DNA from: the human T2T-CHM13v2.0 reference genome, Homo sapiens
Strand: one strand, 5' to 3'
Length of the DNA: 64,000 bases
Assembly (NCBI RefSeq): GCF_009914755.1
Contig: NC_060928.1
Position 1 is the first letter of the stretch; every line of letters starts with the position of its first letter. The notes under the pieces are model-generated. The model was not told where the DNA came from. It saw only the letters and a program-made list of their open reading frames with translations, and searched no databases. Below, piece after piece: positions 28,884-50,035 of this stretch. Both the position numbers and the translations under genes were made by a program.

Positions 28884-29284
28884 AAATACACACACATATA
28901 TTATACACATACACTCATGCACACACACCATAGAATACTATCCATTTATAAAAAATAATGAAATCATGTCTTTTGCAGTAACATGGATGGGACTGGGAAC
29001 CTTTTTTTTTTAGGTTAAATCACTCAGAAAGTCAAGTACTGCACATTCTCACCTAGTAGGAGCGCAACAATGTGGACACATGGACATACAGAGTAGAGTA
29101 GTAGACACTGGAGACTCGAAAAGGTGGGAGGGTGGGAGGTGGGTGTGGAATGAGTAATTACCTGTTGGGTACAATGTACCCTATTTAGGTGATGGTTCCA
29201 CTAAAAGCCCCGACCTCACTGTTACACAATATATCCATGTAACAAAAATGCACTTGTACTACCTGACTCTATAAAAATTAAAAA
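27925..29284 (+). mobile_element. 5'-truncated L1PB-type LINE (3' ORF2 and 3'UTR), host of a young L1 insertion
   Basis: ORF2 C-terminal text and 3' end ctaaaagccccgacctcactgttacacaatatatccatgtaacaaaaatgcacttgtac. Probable TSD aaatgcaatgaagtag (27909-27924) / aaatacaatgaattag (29285-29300). Internal (TA)n(CA)n near 28843-28930. Confidence 0.85.
28040..28232 (+). mobile_element. Very short L1HS-type 3' end with 3' transduction
   Basis: gtatacatatgtaactaacctgcacaatgtgcacatgtaccctaaaacttaGagtataat, then A16, then 102 bp of non-L1 sequence (28116-28217), then A15. Flanked by aaaagaaatag on both sides. Confidence 0.88.
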
Positions 29285-31487
29285 AAATACAATGAATTAG
29301 GAAACACAGTAATTTGTTTTTCTCATTTCAGACTGGGATGCCCAGAGGTTTTACATGCTTAAGGTGAGGAACTGAGGCCAGAGTCACCTTGTCATAGTCA
29401 TTGCGTGGTGCTTTTTGGCTAAAGTACAAATGAGTACTATGTATGTGAAGGAGAAGTATTAGGCTATGATGTCTCTAATTTTTAAAATACTATTTTGACA
29501 ACCTAATTAATAATATTGGGCTTAATTTTAAGGGTAAGTAATGTAATTATATTTTCACATACCTCAGTTTTGCTATAGTAGATTACCAAATTTGTATGCT
29601 TCATTTTCTACATCCATAAAATGGGATTCACAATATGCAATAAATGAAAGGTTGTGATAATTCAATGTATTAAATCATGTAAATGCATAGGACTCTTCAT
29701 AGCATATGGAAAGGACACAATAAACATAATTATTATTTTTGATCTTAGATAAATAAAATATGTGTGAACTTAAATGCACAAACCACACATGCATGCACAA
29801 ACACACAGGCCTGAACACAGGCAAGTAGTTACTGAATGCCAAATAATCATTAATGTAACAAGTGCTTGGGGTTCAAAGGAGGCGTAATCCTCAAAAGCAT
29901 GCTGAAAGAGGTGGTCTCTGCACTGCATTGAAGGATATGGAGTATTTCAGTTTCAGTAATAGAGAAAAGAGAACAGAGGAGAGCCATGGATAAATGTGTA
30001 GAGGTAAAAAAGTGCAACGTGCAAAATATTCTTGTTTTGGTAAAAAATATGTTTGTACATGAATAGTGGAAAAGTCAAGGCCATATTATAAATCAGTGGT
30101 CTTTAAATGCTTCACTGGTAATTCAGATATGTCATCCGCTAAATAGAGGGAAATTATGTATTGTTTCTACGTAGATGATTACATAAATTTATCAATGGTT
30201 AGGTTCTATTTAAAAAGTAGTTAGTTGTTCAGTGCACCTTTAGATGTACATGAGGTATACCCTATTATAAGGGAATGTTTTAAGAATCCACCTAACTCTA
30301 CAAGAGCATTATGTATTTAAATGTATGCTGCATTGACTGCTGATTCATATGGATACATTGTCACAATCTGGCTTTTACATTTTTTAAGGTGCAGGGTCAA
30401 TGATAGCAGTGTCCACTAGGTTTTCTGTGCTTATTCAGGGTGAAAGCTTCTCAGCAAAACTGGTTGGTGAGGGGGTGGAAATGAAATGGATAATATATAA
30501 GCAACATTATCGGAGCTGTATAATCTTTCTTTACCTTTTCCTTCCAAGTATCCAATGATTTAATACTTAGTACCACCATTTAATATAAATCCCCAAACTC
30601 CCTTTATAGGAACTATTGATTAATCAATTATAAACCTAGATTAGGCCAGGTACTCAGATAGATGCTGAGGGTGGTTATAATCAGGCATGACCTCAAAGAG
30701 ACGTGTGGTTGGGTAAAGTATAAGATAGATGTACTAGGTTCATGTAAAACAGAATGAGGGAATGGCTGTTTTACTGAATTGTACTCTGATTTTACTGTGA
30801 GTGGAGTAATTGACTGAGCCACCTCCTGCTCACAAACCCAGGAAAGTTGGATGCCTTGCTGACCTCTAAAGTTACCTATTTGCTATCTCCCGGGAGTGCT
30901 TCATTCTGTCATCTCAGTATGGCAAAATCTTAGCCATTTCTCAAGAAGCTATACATTTGGGCACACTCGTGAGGATCTTTGCCACCGAATCTCTCCACCC
31001 CAAGGTTGTTTCATCCTTAGAAGAGAGGTGATAATAACTACAGAAATATTTACAGGACCCCAGAAATTAGAGGGAGAAGTTTAAAGGAGGAATTTCCAAC
31101 TTCTCATTAGGAATCCCCAGAGCAGCTCAGTGTGTCTAAGAAGAGAGGGCCTGTAATAGTGCCAGAGTCTTCCATGGCATGGAGGGGCTATGAAAGAGCC
31201 CTGGCAATAAGGATGAGAGAAGACTGAACACAGAACCGATGATGTAGACCGTGGGAGAATTTTGCACATCCTAGATGATCCCAATGAGGCATTATCTGAT
31301 GACCGAAAATCATGGAACTAAGGTGGTAATAATTTTTTAATGTGAACCTGAATGTGTAACTTGAAAACATTACAACTGCTATATGGATCACGGGATCACG
31401 TGTCTCCTCTTTCAGTCTTCTCTATGAAGAAATTGTCTGTCTTCTTTACATGTCTGCTCCTTGTTTGAACCTTTCTCATGGCAGTGT

Positions 31488-31514
31488 TTTTTTTTTTTTT
31501 TTTTTTTTTTTTTT
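31488..31514. repeat. Poly(T) tract
   Basis: About 27 consecutive T. Confidence 0.9.
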
Positions 31515-33008
31515 GGTTGGGGGGAGAATATATTAGACTAACTAATGTTAGCTGCTTGTTCTTCTTTTTTAGATTGTAATTTTCTTGTCTGTTTGTGTCC
31601 CAATTTGTCTTGTTCTATCCCCATCCCTTGTGGAACCTAACACAGTGCCTTGTACTACTCACATAGTAGGCACTTGTGTATATTTAATAATATACTCTGA
31701 AATTAACAGAATTGTGAAGAAAGAAATACCATTTAGTTTGTATTCCAGAAAAGATCCTTTCATACAACACACTATAAGACAAGGGGGTATCACATACCAC
31801 TTATCACATGTTTGAGTGGATTGGAACACAAACATAACATTTAACTGACATAATTGGAATATTAGCAAAATTCTGTCTGTGACATTGCGATAGTTTTGCA
31901 GAAAATTTACTCCAAGCTCTGTAAAGCAGGTGAAGCGTCTTGTGGCTCCACATGGGTAATCATTATGTTTTCATAATGCCATTTTCCTTACCCATCATTA
32001 TAGAAGTCTTTAATGGCAGGGCACTGTTTTAAAAAATGTGTAACCATTCCACGATGATTCAGATTTCCACTCACAAAACATTATGTAAGGGAAAATCTTG
32101 GCTGAATAAACATTAAGAAAATGAACAGAGAAACTTTAGTATGAAACCTGTAATTCTAAGAATTTTCTTCTGTCCTGAGTCTGGCCTCATTGCAGAGGGC
32201 TGTTGGAATAGTTTTTGTCTTTCCTTTCCAATTTTTTATTTTATTTCATTCTAATAAAATTGGCATTGTCCAATGTATACATTTCAGTATAAAACTTGAA
32301 AAATCATCTCCATAAGTCTGTATGGAGCTGTCCCACAAAACTGGCTACCTCATACTGAAAAAGATGGGATATTGATTCTTTCATGCATATGAGTAAAATT
32401 ATTTTTTATGTGTCTCAAATTATAAGACATTCCTACTAGAAATGAAATTGAAATAATATTTTTATAACAAATGTGTTTGTTTTAGGAAAAAGAGTTTTGT
32501 ACCTAATTAAGGTATATGACAAATCAGAACTTTTATATTCTGGAACAAAAATTCCTAATGTTTTGACATTTTAAGTGATAAAATTTTAAACACATTTTTA
32601 TATGTATTTTATATTTCTCCTTATATACTTACATATTTATATTTATTTTCCAAAGCGTTTGCATTTTAGAACCACTTAATACTTTAGAGGTAGTGATAAT
32701 TTTCTTATTTAAAAACAAAACCAAACAAAGAGAACAACAGCACAAAACATGTAGTCTGAGAATGCATTGGCTATTTATATTCTTACCTTTTCAGTCTCTT
32801 AACCTGTAACCCAGAGCATCAGAATAAGCAAGACAAACACCTTGGATGGAAGCAAATGCCTTTGCAGTGTTCTCACAAATGTATACTCCCATTTTTACAG
32901 ATCTAGAGGGATGTAAGTGTACTTTAAGTTTATTTTAGGATCATAGCTATATTTATTTCTCATAGTTAATGGTAAGATTTCATCACTATTGGGAACTGAT
33001 CTCTGTAA

Positions 33009-33349
<341 letters not shown>

Positions 33350-34481
33350 CAAATGTGATGTTCAGAAATTATAACTTTGATTTAAAAGGAGTTAGAAAAA
33401 AGAAAGTAAGAACACCTTTCTTCTTCTTTCATACTGCATTTCACACCACAATTGCTAATATCAAACAAAGAGTGGAAAGTCATGTAAAAAATTGTAAAGG
33501 GTAATCCAGTACAGGAACTTGCATATAATTATTTTCCATTAACTAATCAAAATCTTCATTAATGTAAATGAAATCTATTTTAACTTCAAGGAATGTCATT
33601 GATTCTTTAAGGGATCTAAAAGAATAAAGAATAAATGTGTAAGAATAGTAATATGAATGTAATGTGTAATTATACATCGACCTAATTGCACAATACAGTA
33701 CAACGTGTAATCAGTATGGTGAAGAGCAATTTAGTAATCATTAAGAATTCTTAGGTATTTGCTTCATGGTTCAGTGATACAAAGCAAATGTACATTTTAT
33801 ACTAATATCACTATCACTTTTAAACTGATTTCAAGTTTATCCTTTATTGAATACAAAAATGGACTGTCATTGATTTCAAATAACTTTTAAATATAAAAAT
33901 GCTTTCATATTATATTACTTATGATGTACTTAACCTACATGCTCTAGCCTTCCACAATTCAGCCTGATACTTTTTTAATCTTACACACAAACTTAAACAT
34001 CTTTTGAGTAAAATCCTTCCCTACCTGGTATCTCTTTTTGTTGACATATCCTAGAGATATGCTAGTTCCAGAAAAAGGATAAAGAGACAAGAATCTTAAT
34101 CACCAAATCACAAAATCTTTAGTAAATAGAGTTGTATATCCTCTGGTGCTATGTTCATAGCCTTGTAAACTAAAGATATTTCAGATAGTAGATATTGTCC
34201 CCCTTTAACAAAATCATTTTTACCTTTTGGAAGTCTACAAATAGCACACTAAATAAAATAGTCTTTTTTTTTTTTGTACTACAGTAGCTTTAAAAATAAA
34301 CAACAGCCTCTTTGCTAAGATTGTCTAATGTATATTAGATACATTTGAGCAAATTTTATTTAAGTGATTCCTTGTCTTCCATGAACATGCACATTAATAG
34401 TCTTGGCATGTAGTTGGGCCCGTGGCCATTTATAACTGTGGGGAATATATTTGTAGGGGGAGAAAATATTGCTGTATTTGT

Positions 34482-34648
34482 CATTGCTTCTCAAACTTTA
34501 ATATGCATATATATCACCTGGGGGTGGTTGTTAAAATGCAGATTCCACTTTATTAGGACTGAGTTAAGGTCTGGAATTCCACATTTCTAACAACCTCAGG
34601 CGATTCCAGTGCTGCTGGCCCACTGGACCTTACTTTGATAGGCAGGCT
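34482..34648. mobile_element. MER5A/B (hAT-Charlie) MITE
   Basis: cttctcaaactttaatatgcat...tcacctggggg...ttgttaaaatgcagattcc...catttctaacaacctcagg. Confidence 0.75.
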
Positions 34649-37600
34649 CTGTGATGTATTTTTATCTTTCATCTTGAATTAAATGAAATCTCTTAAAGAA
34701 AGAGACCTGACATATCTTCATTTTTTCCCCAGCAGTGCCAAGCACAGCACTAGGCATCTAATGGGTACTCCACAAATATGTGTTGCTTATCTGAAGATAA
34801 AGCAAGAGTAGAAGACATATCTCTCTCTGATGATCTAATTTTTGTTTTCTTTCAGAAGGTATGAACAACCAAGGAGGCTTCTTTTCAGCTTTTACATTTA
34901 TTTAGTACAACTCAGGATAGTGGTATTGTCTGAGAGTAGCAACTTGAACTTGTAAGAACTACACTAGAAGCCACAGAACTTGGAAAGGGCAGCCAGACGT
35001 ACCTATTTGGGTCACTAGACTATTTTCAGATTCTGGAAATTATTTATCTGGTCATTTCTCTGGTTATTTAGGAAACTTTAATGACAAATCTACGATTGCT
35101 TCTTTCTTCCTATCTTCTTCTAGGACTATTGCTTTCTTCAACTCATAGAAATAAAAGTACTGCATAGCCCAAAGTATTGGAGTCATAAACCCTTCAAGGG
35201 AAGGTGAGGAGGAAACAGAAGGCTGAGGATTATGCCTTGAAAGTTATTTTTAATATTAAAGCATCAATAGATAGTCATGTAGAGCTACATGTACATTGTT
35301 TTGACCTCTCTTCTAATATGACATCGTCCTTGAAACAATTTATTCATACTATTTCTAGTTAAAATTACTCCCAAGCATTTTTGGCTACTGAAAATGTCAA
35401 AGATGTGTGCTGTTCTGTTTTGTTGCTTGATCACTGGGAATCTATTTGCAAATGTGCAAAATGAAGTGATCCTACGGAATGACTGGGCAGCTTGGCTTCC
35501 CTCTGTGATGGGTAGATAATTTTGCTTAATATGTAAACAGTCTTTTCAACACTCTGTGCTTAAATAATCATTGTTGGTTTGCTTTCTTCTAGTATTCCAT
35601 ATTAAGTAATGACTTGGCTAATGAGAAGGATGCTTGTAAGTATATTAGCATCAAGTTCAAATATAGAGAGATTAAATAACCTTCCCAAGGTCAACACACT
35701 GGTCATTGACAAATATGGACCAGATCTCATCTCCAAAACCCCACACAATTATACCAGGTTAGCTCATTCTTTCTTCCTAGACATCTTATTTTCCAGGGAG
35801 TAGTGAAGGTCTACAAAACTTTCCTACTAAATAGGAAATATATTTTGTTGTCAGATGTAAGCCCAGAAAAGCAATGGCTAAACTGCTATGTATCAAAAAC
35901 TTTGCAAACTTATAACAGTTTAAAATTTACTTCTAGCTATGTTTAGAGCCCTAAGGAGATAATGGCAAGTCATTTTTTCTTCTTTATACATATGTCATCA
36001 TTTATGGACAGAAAATAGTTCTCAATTGTAAAAAAATAGCTCTCTATAGGATTTGCTGAGTTTTTTATGGCTAGAGTTATTAAGTAAAATAAATGACATC
36101 TGAGAGCACTCTGCTTTGTCTTTGGCTTCAAATAATGTATTTTACTATATTTTTTCATTCTTCGCTGCCATAAGTGGCAGAAAGAAAACCGCTTTTCAAA
36201 TGGCTAGTGCCTAAAAAGCAAATACTTTGTGGATCTTGGGGCCAGTGTAAACTCAGAATGCAAGATATCTTCCTCAGCTTCAGTACTTGCACAATGCCTG
36301 TCTTTATTAAACATGAGTGATTTGCAAATATGATGTTTCTGAGACAGCTAATATCATGGGCCAAAATGAATGGAATCAAAACCTGAGACACATTTCTGTT
36401 AATGGGGCTCTATTTGAGAAATGTGCATTATTTTATCAGCTTCCTTATTTTAACCATTCTACCCTGTCAATACTAATACCAAGTGTTCATTTTCTTTATT
36501 AGTTTAAATGGGAGAAAACAATGCAGAAAGCTTAATAACTGTTCTATTTTTAAAGCCTTTATAGAAAACATAATATAAAAAGTGATATGAACTAGGCACA
36601 AGACAAAACTGACTTTAATATGTTATATGTTAATCTGTTAAAATACAGTACATTTTACTGCAGAATGTTAGCAGGGTATATTTGTAGATAATAGATCATT
36701 GACATTTTTATCCTATATCCTTTTTACCTTTTATTCCTTTTAAACATTGATTACCTTTGTTATAAAAAGCAACAACAATAGTTTGTAAAAGATTAAGATA
36801 TTTAAATATTTAAAAATTTTTCATAACTATATTAGTAAACAGTAGTACATAAGTCTTGATAGGTACAAATGATGTCTCAAAAGACAGATGAGGTGGAAAA
36901 TTACCACTCTAGCTCATGGCATGACCCCAGCCGTGCAGAGGAAAGATTTCTTCTCCTCCCCTATTCACCTCCGGGTCCCAGCTATCACTAAATATATCGG
37001 GGGTCGCGTTGCTGATCAGCAGCCTTAAGCCTGAACATGGTGGGTCCTTTGCATTAGTTCTCAATTCCCACCACCCTCCTCCCTTCCTGTGTCACGAGGC
37101 TCACTCATTTCCTCAGTGCCCTTCCCAGTTACTGTCAAATCATATAAACTCATTTCTCTGCCTCCAGCCTTTTATTTCATCAACATATCTCCTATTATAT
37201 CACCAGATTAATCTTCTACAAATATTTCTTTTACCATTTCTCACTTCTGTTAAAGAATCCTGAAAAGCATCTATCTCTTGTTTTCTGTTGTTCCAAATCT
37301 AAACTCCTTTTGTCCTCTCTAGTTATCCTATAATTGGTTACAAACCATTTCTCTGAGCTCATATTCTACTACTCACCATGTCACAATTCTAGTCAAGCAA
37401 CTCTTCTCTCCTTCTCCCACATAATCAGGCACAGTTCCACATCCCAACCCTTATTTTTTCTGTTCTGCTATCATGTAATATCTTCCTGTTTCTTTTCAAT
37501 CTGTTGAAATACTAAGGACCCTTCAGTCTGCTCTAATTACCATTATTGTTCATGAAGCTTGATTGACAAGTCCAACCTGCAGAGAGGTCTCGCTTACTGA

Positions 37601-39959
37601 TTCTCACTTGTTCATGTAATATGATCATTTAAAAAATTCTGTTTAAAGCACGAACTGACTACAACCACTTTGACATACTAGACAAGTGGCATTATTACAT
37701 TAGGAGAGATGATTCTTGTTTTTTTAGGAAAATAAGGATTCTTTGGGAGATGAATTACAAGAGTGCCAAATTGATCTTCAAAATTAAAGGGTAGAAAATG
37801 AGATTATCTGATGTCCTGGATAAGAGAGAGTAGAAAACTTGTAGGAACTGGAGAAGAAGAGGTGACAGAGAGTTTGAGAAAATGTAGCTAATTCAATAGC
37901 TTTAGGGAAGAGTGGACAATGAGAAGTTACTCATGCTTAGGACTAACTAAAGAGTATAAACATTTAGTTTTAAATTGAAGGCTGTCCTATGTTGTAAACC
38001 CACCTTCTACTATCTTAAATCCTCAGTGAAATTCTGTTACACACAGCTACGCTGTGTCTTTGGTATTCTGGAGAAGCGAAGGACTCAGTTGTGGCCAATG
38101 GGAGCACAGGTATGCCAACCACAGGCAGTGGCTGCAGAGGTGAGATGCTGAGTGTGAATAGTGAAAGAGCAGAATCAGAAAATGTAGCAAGAGGAAACTA
38201 GGAGAAATGCCTCACTAATAATTCTCAGGTATTGGAGTGGTTATTGGTTTTTTTATAGTACATGAGACCGAAGCAATGCTATAATATTATATTTAAATAG
38301 TAAAGGAAAGGGGGTTCCAAAAAGTTGGGAATGCTCAAGTAGCTGTCTATGGAAGTCACACAATTTTGAAACAACCTCAATTTATTTCTTAAGTCTGAGA
38401 TATTTTCATATTGGTAAATGTTATCTATACCACAAGATTATAATCTAATTAAAGGAGCAAATAAATCTTATAACCTTTTAAATCTTCACAATTGCTACCC
38501 TGGGGTCGGTTGCTCAATAAGTACTTTTGGATTGCAGCAAATTAAGTTGAGTTAAGAGACTCGTTTTTCATAATAACAAGAATGGCTATAAATAGTATTG
38601 CCAATATAAAAATGTTATGTGTGGAGTCAACCATTTTACAGTATGGATACTAATTTTGTAAGACTTTCAGAACATTTATGTTAGAAAACAAATGAAACTG
38701 TACTATCAAAATTGTTATAAAATAAACTGATCAGAAAATATTTTCCCCCTACTGAATATAGAATAATCACAAGGCTTTGCCTTTATGGCTGTTAGAATTA
38801 TGGTTCATAGAGTTTGAACACATTGATGACATTCTTCTAATGTTCTCATTCTCCATATGATATATAACCACATAAGTTATGTAAGGAAGAGGGAAATGTT
38901 ATTTCATTTAACTTGTAGTCTATGCTTGTTTTGGATATAATAAATTAAGTCATTATATTTGTAGGTAGTCATTTAAGATATTTGAAGGCTTATAATTTCT
39001 ACCATTAAGCAATTAGCCTGTCATTTTTTAACTATGGCACTGGGTAGGAAGTTAATATGCATAATTTTGTATATTCAGTAGTAAGTATACATTTAACTTT
39101 TATCTAGCCCTAAAAAGTAGTCTCAATGAATATATATCTCTTCCTGAGTTCACTTTCAAACTTTTAGAAAGTGAAATCAGAACTGAACTGACGATAGGTG
39201 GAAAAGGCCTTATTTTTAGAGTCCGATGGAAGAAATATCACATACTTTAACTTCTCTTTTTTCCCATGGCCTTCACACTTGGTTTAATTGAAACAGTGGC
39301 GACTTTTCATAAAAGACTAATTTGATGAGTGAATCTGATGAAGTCAGGTGTGGTAGGGATAACAGGCTTTAGAGAGTTGTATTTATATATGTTGAATGGA
39401 GGCTCTTAGAGGAGCAGGTAAGCTGTAGTTAGGAGTTTCTAAGATGATCCAAACAGTAATATTTCTCAGAAAATTCCATTTGAATCTAATGCCTACTGAT
39501 ATTTTGTACACAGCCAATGCATCCCCTAACTACTATTCAGATAAAGTACTCAAAATGAATAATATCATTCATCTATTATATTGATTGCCTGAAGACGGAC
39601 AGCTATGTTTGGTTTAGGAACACAAACTATACAAATAAAAAAGTATTAATTAGTAACTAAGCACCATAAAATTAATGCCCATTCAAATATCCCTTCTTTT
39701 GTAGTACCAATAGTGGTGTCAGACAACATCTTTGTCAATCGGTGCTTTGAAGATTATCAGCTGCTTATGCTGTCTAATTATATAATTCAGTTTGCTGATG
39801 ACTAAAAGTGCAAAAGATTCAAGATTTATAAAGTGACCTGGGAGAACTGCTTGAATCTCATACACAGCCAATAAAACATGAGGCTGTGGTAGCTTAGGTC
39901 AGAGGAGAAAAGCAACAAGATTTATATGTGAAGGGCTTTCAATAGAAAATAATTTAGGC

Positions 39960-46842
<6,883 letters not shown>

Positions 46843-48599
46843 AAATGACTGATACATCCTATAAAAATATACAATGATTTAAGAATGATAAGATGAAGAG
46901 ATGAGTCTAGGAAACAAAAATGAGCCTGTTGGCATCTGTGATATGAAGTTCAAATTTGAAGGGAAGAATGTGCTATAACACAATTTTCTTAGAAAAATAT
47001 TCCTTCCACAAATCAATGATTCATTTCTGATTTGTTCTAAAAACTATTGCAAAATTTCTATTATAACATGATTGTAGAGATATGATCCAAATCAACTCAT
47101 TTTCTTAATTCTTAGTTTCAATTTTCAAGGCTAAGGGCTAGTTGATTTCTTTTCTCTATGTAATATAAAATTCTTCATCTCCACTGTTTATGAACTCACT
47201 TAAAATGATCTTTTGTTGGGGGCAAACTAATTATCCTTAAATTCACTTTTGCACTTTTCCTATTTTAGCTTATTTCCTAAAGCATCATTGAGATAAATAT
47301 TGAGTTAGAGAAATAATATCTCTTCTTGATTAAAAGATGGCATATTACATATTCTTTATAACTCTTCATTTTTTCAATAGAATTATATTTTAATATTAAT
47401 ATTTTATTTTAACACATAGTTTTTTGTCAGTTATTTACTTAATTATTTTCTAAATACTTACTGAGCACCAGCTATTGTTGGGGTGCTGGCCTTACAACAG
47501 TCAACTAGCACAATCCTACTTGGCTTTTTCTCTTCATGTCCTTGGGAAAAATTGCCTGGCTGCCCTAACACTATCAGAGAAATGATGGGACACTTTAAGT
47601 TCCTATCCAACTGTAACTTCTTTTATCCTGTGATTGTCAAATATCACACATTTAACTCTAATAGGAATCCTTTTCTAAAATAGGAAGCTGATGAAAGTTC
47701 AATATGGCTTCCCATTCACTTAGTGCTCATTTCCTGGATAATAGGTAGTAGGTTTTTTCCTCTTAGATACTGCGTTTTAATACATGAACCTCAACTGTTC
47801 ATGTGCTATGTTAAATTTTATTGCTCCTAGCAGACCATTATCCAGGAGTATTGCTCTTAAGTAACTTCTCACCTAGTTATAAGCATTGTGGCCTCATTAC
47901 ATGGGGAATAAACATACTTATTCCCTAATGGTCAAGTCAAGAGAATGGCTGTTTCAACAAGTCAAGCAAAGGAATTATTGCATTGTGTTTTGTGAAATCT
48001 GCTGTACAGATTTAGAAGACTGAAATATTTTAATATCTTGGAAAAAGAAATTATTTTCTTTATATTTTAAGTTAGGCATGTTTATTAAGAAACATTCTGT
48101 GAACTTGATAAATATCTCCTCCAGCCCATTACATTTAGAAATTAAAACAACGTGTTATCTGGTGGGATAGATTGGGTTTCCTTGATCTTAACTGATCCAG
48201 AGAAAGTACCACTTGATGTGCACTCTATACCATAAACCATATTAAGACAGCAAAAAAAAATCAAAAACCAAAAATATAACTGTGATTAATTAAAATGCTT
48301 GATATTGAAAGAGGCTTTCAAAATAAACATGCTAGCTCAGGCAAAAATGTTCTTCCTCACTGAAGGCCAGCCTTTTCTTTGATTCTCTTAATTCAATCTC
48401 CTTCTGCCTCTTTAGTGCCCATCTAATCAAATATCCCTCTGCTGTGTTTCATGTTCAGTATCACCTGCTTCATCCCATACATTTCATCTACTTGTTCCTC
48501 CATTCATTTCTTCAAGTCTTTTAAAAAATGACTTTTATGTGTTAAGCACTGCACAAAGTATGTATCAATGAAAATAAAAACACATAATCATAATAACCA

Positions 48600-48790
48600 T
48601 CTACATTTCTTAGGCTTCTCACACATTACTTTGTGTCATGCACAAAATGACCCATGTGGTTGGCAGTGCTTTTATGTCCCTTTTACAGATAGAGACACAA
48701 GAAGAACTAATCACATAGCTAGTAAGGGGTAGAGCTGGCATTTGAAACTAGACCTTTGGACTGCAGAGCAGTATGGTCTCTGCCCTCTGA
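48600..48790 (-). mobile_element. MIR remnant
   Basis: cccttttacagatagagacacaag...cacatagctagtaaggggtagagctggcatttgaaactag. Confidence 0.65.
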
Positions 48791-49049
48791 CACACAAATG
48801 GACAAGTGTAATGTATGATCATTTAAATATTGCAAACATGCAAAAGAAACAGTGAAACCCCAGATGAGCTGTGGGCAAGATTTTACAGAAGTGATGCTTG
48901 AACTGAATTTTGAAGGAAGACACAAAACTTTGAAATCATCCTTGACTCCTTGACTTTGTAATCCCCTCCTGACTACAGAGCTTCATCTCTGTAGTCTGAC
49001 CCAGAGCTTCATCCCATAATTTGCTTTGACTAATGAGACCAAATATGCT

Positions 49050-49385
49050 ACATAGAATTAGAAGCTCTCTGTGCCTTTCTGCTCACACTCCTGCTTCTTT
49101 GCCTTCACTACTAGGATATGCCTGCATCAGCCTGCTGGAGGATGAGAGACTAGAAAGAGCAGAGTCAGCCCTGCTGTCCCAGATAGGCTCCATACATAGT
49201 CTAGAGCCCCGCCAAGATAAGCAGATTCCTGAGTGAGCACCTCGTTTCCACAGCCCAACTCAGGGAGCTGACTTATCCAGCCAACCCATAGACACATGAG
49301 CAAAAACAAATTCTTATTGTTGTATGTCACCAAAGTTTTATAATTTTTGTTACATAGATTATGGCAAGGGATAACAGATGTAACA
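49050..49385 (+). mobile_element. Old MLT1 (H/I/J-like) LTR fragment
   Basis: ccagccaacccatagacacatgagcaaaaacaaattcttattgttgtatgtcaccaaagtttt...ttgttacatag. Confidence 0.6.
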
Positions 49386-49389
49386 CCTA

Positions 49390-50020
49390 TCTATCCATAT
49401 TTCATTTCCCAAGTCCAATTAGTTGTTCGGTGATAGCTATGACATCTCTGTGCTATTGTCATTCACACTTCATTCCCTTTCAATTATTGTTACAACTACC
49501 CTAGTCAATTTTCTCATTGCCTGTTTTCTGGACTATCGTGGTAGCTTATTAACTGGTGTTCTTGCCTCCAAATCTCTCCCTTCTTCAACCTATCTATATA
49601 AAAGTGATTAGGTATTTTTATTAAAACAGTACTGGTGTTGCCACTCATCTCTTCCAAGCCTTCAATGATTTATTTCCCTAAGACCAAAATCCTCAGCCTA
49701 ATATTGAAACTCTCTACACCTGTCATCTAGTCCCACATTCCTTCTTGCTTACCTGTTCAATTCTCCTTTTCCATTACCACACTATTCTTCCCCTCTTTGC
49801 TATCAAACATCTAAGCAAATGCACATCCTCTTCCCTCCATCTAGAATGCCCTGCACCCTATTTCCAGATGTCTAGATTTTATCATTCCTGCATGTCTAGA
49901 TCTTGTGTCTGTGCCCCAGAAACCTTTATCTGATTCCCAATTCTGAGTCTTCCTCACATTTTTTATACCACCTTTAGAATCTTGAGCACTCACTTTTTAC
50001 CATAGTCATTTATGTCTGAA
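49390..50020 (+). mobile_element. L2 LINE remnant
   Basis: ctggactatcgtggtagcttattaactggtgttcttgcctcc...ccttcaatgatt...agaccaaaatcctcagcct, typical of the L2 3' region. Confidence 0.55.
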
Positions 50021-50035
50021 GACTTGCATATTCCA

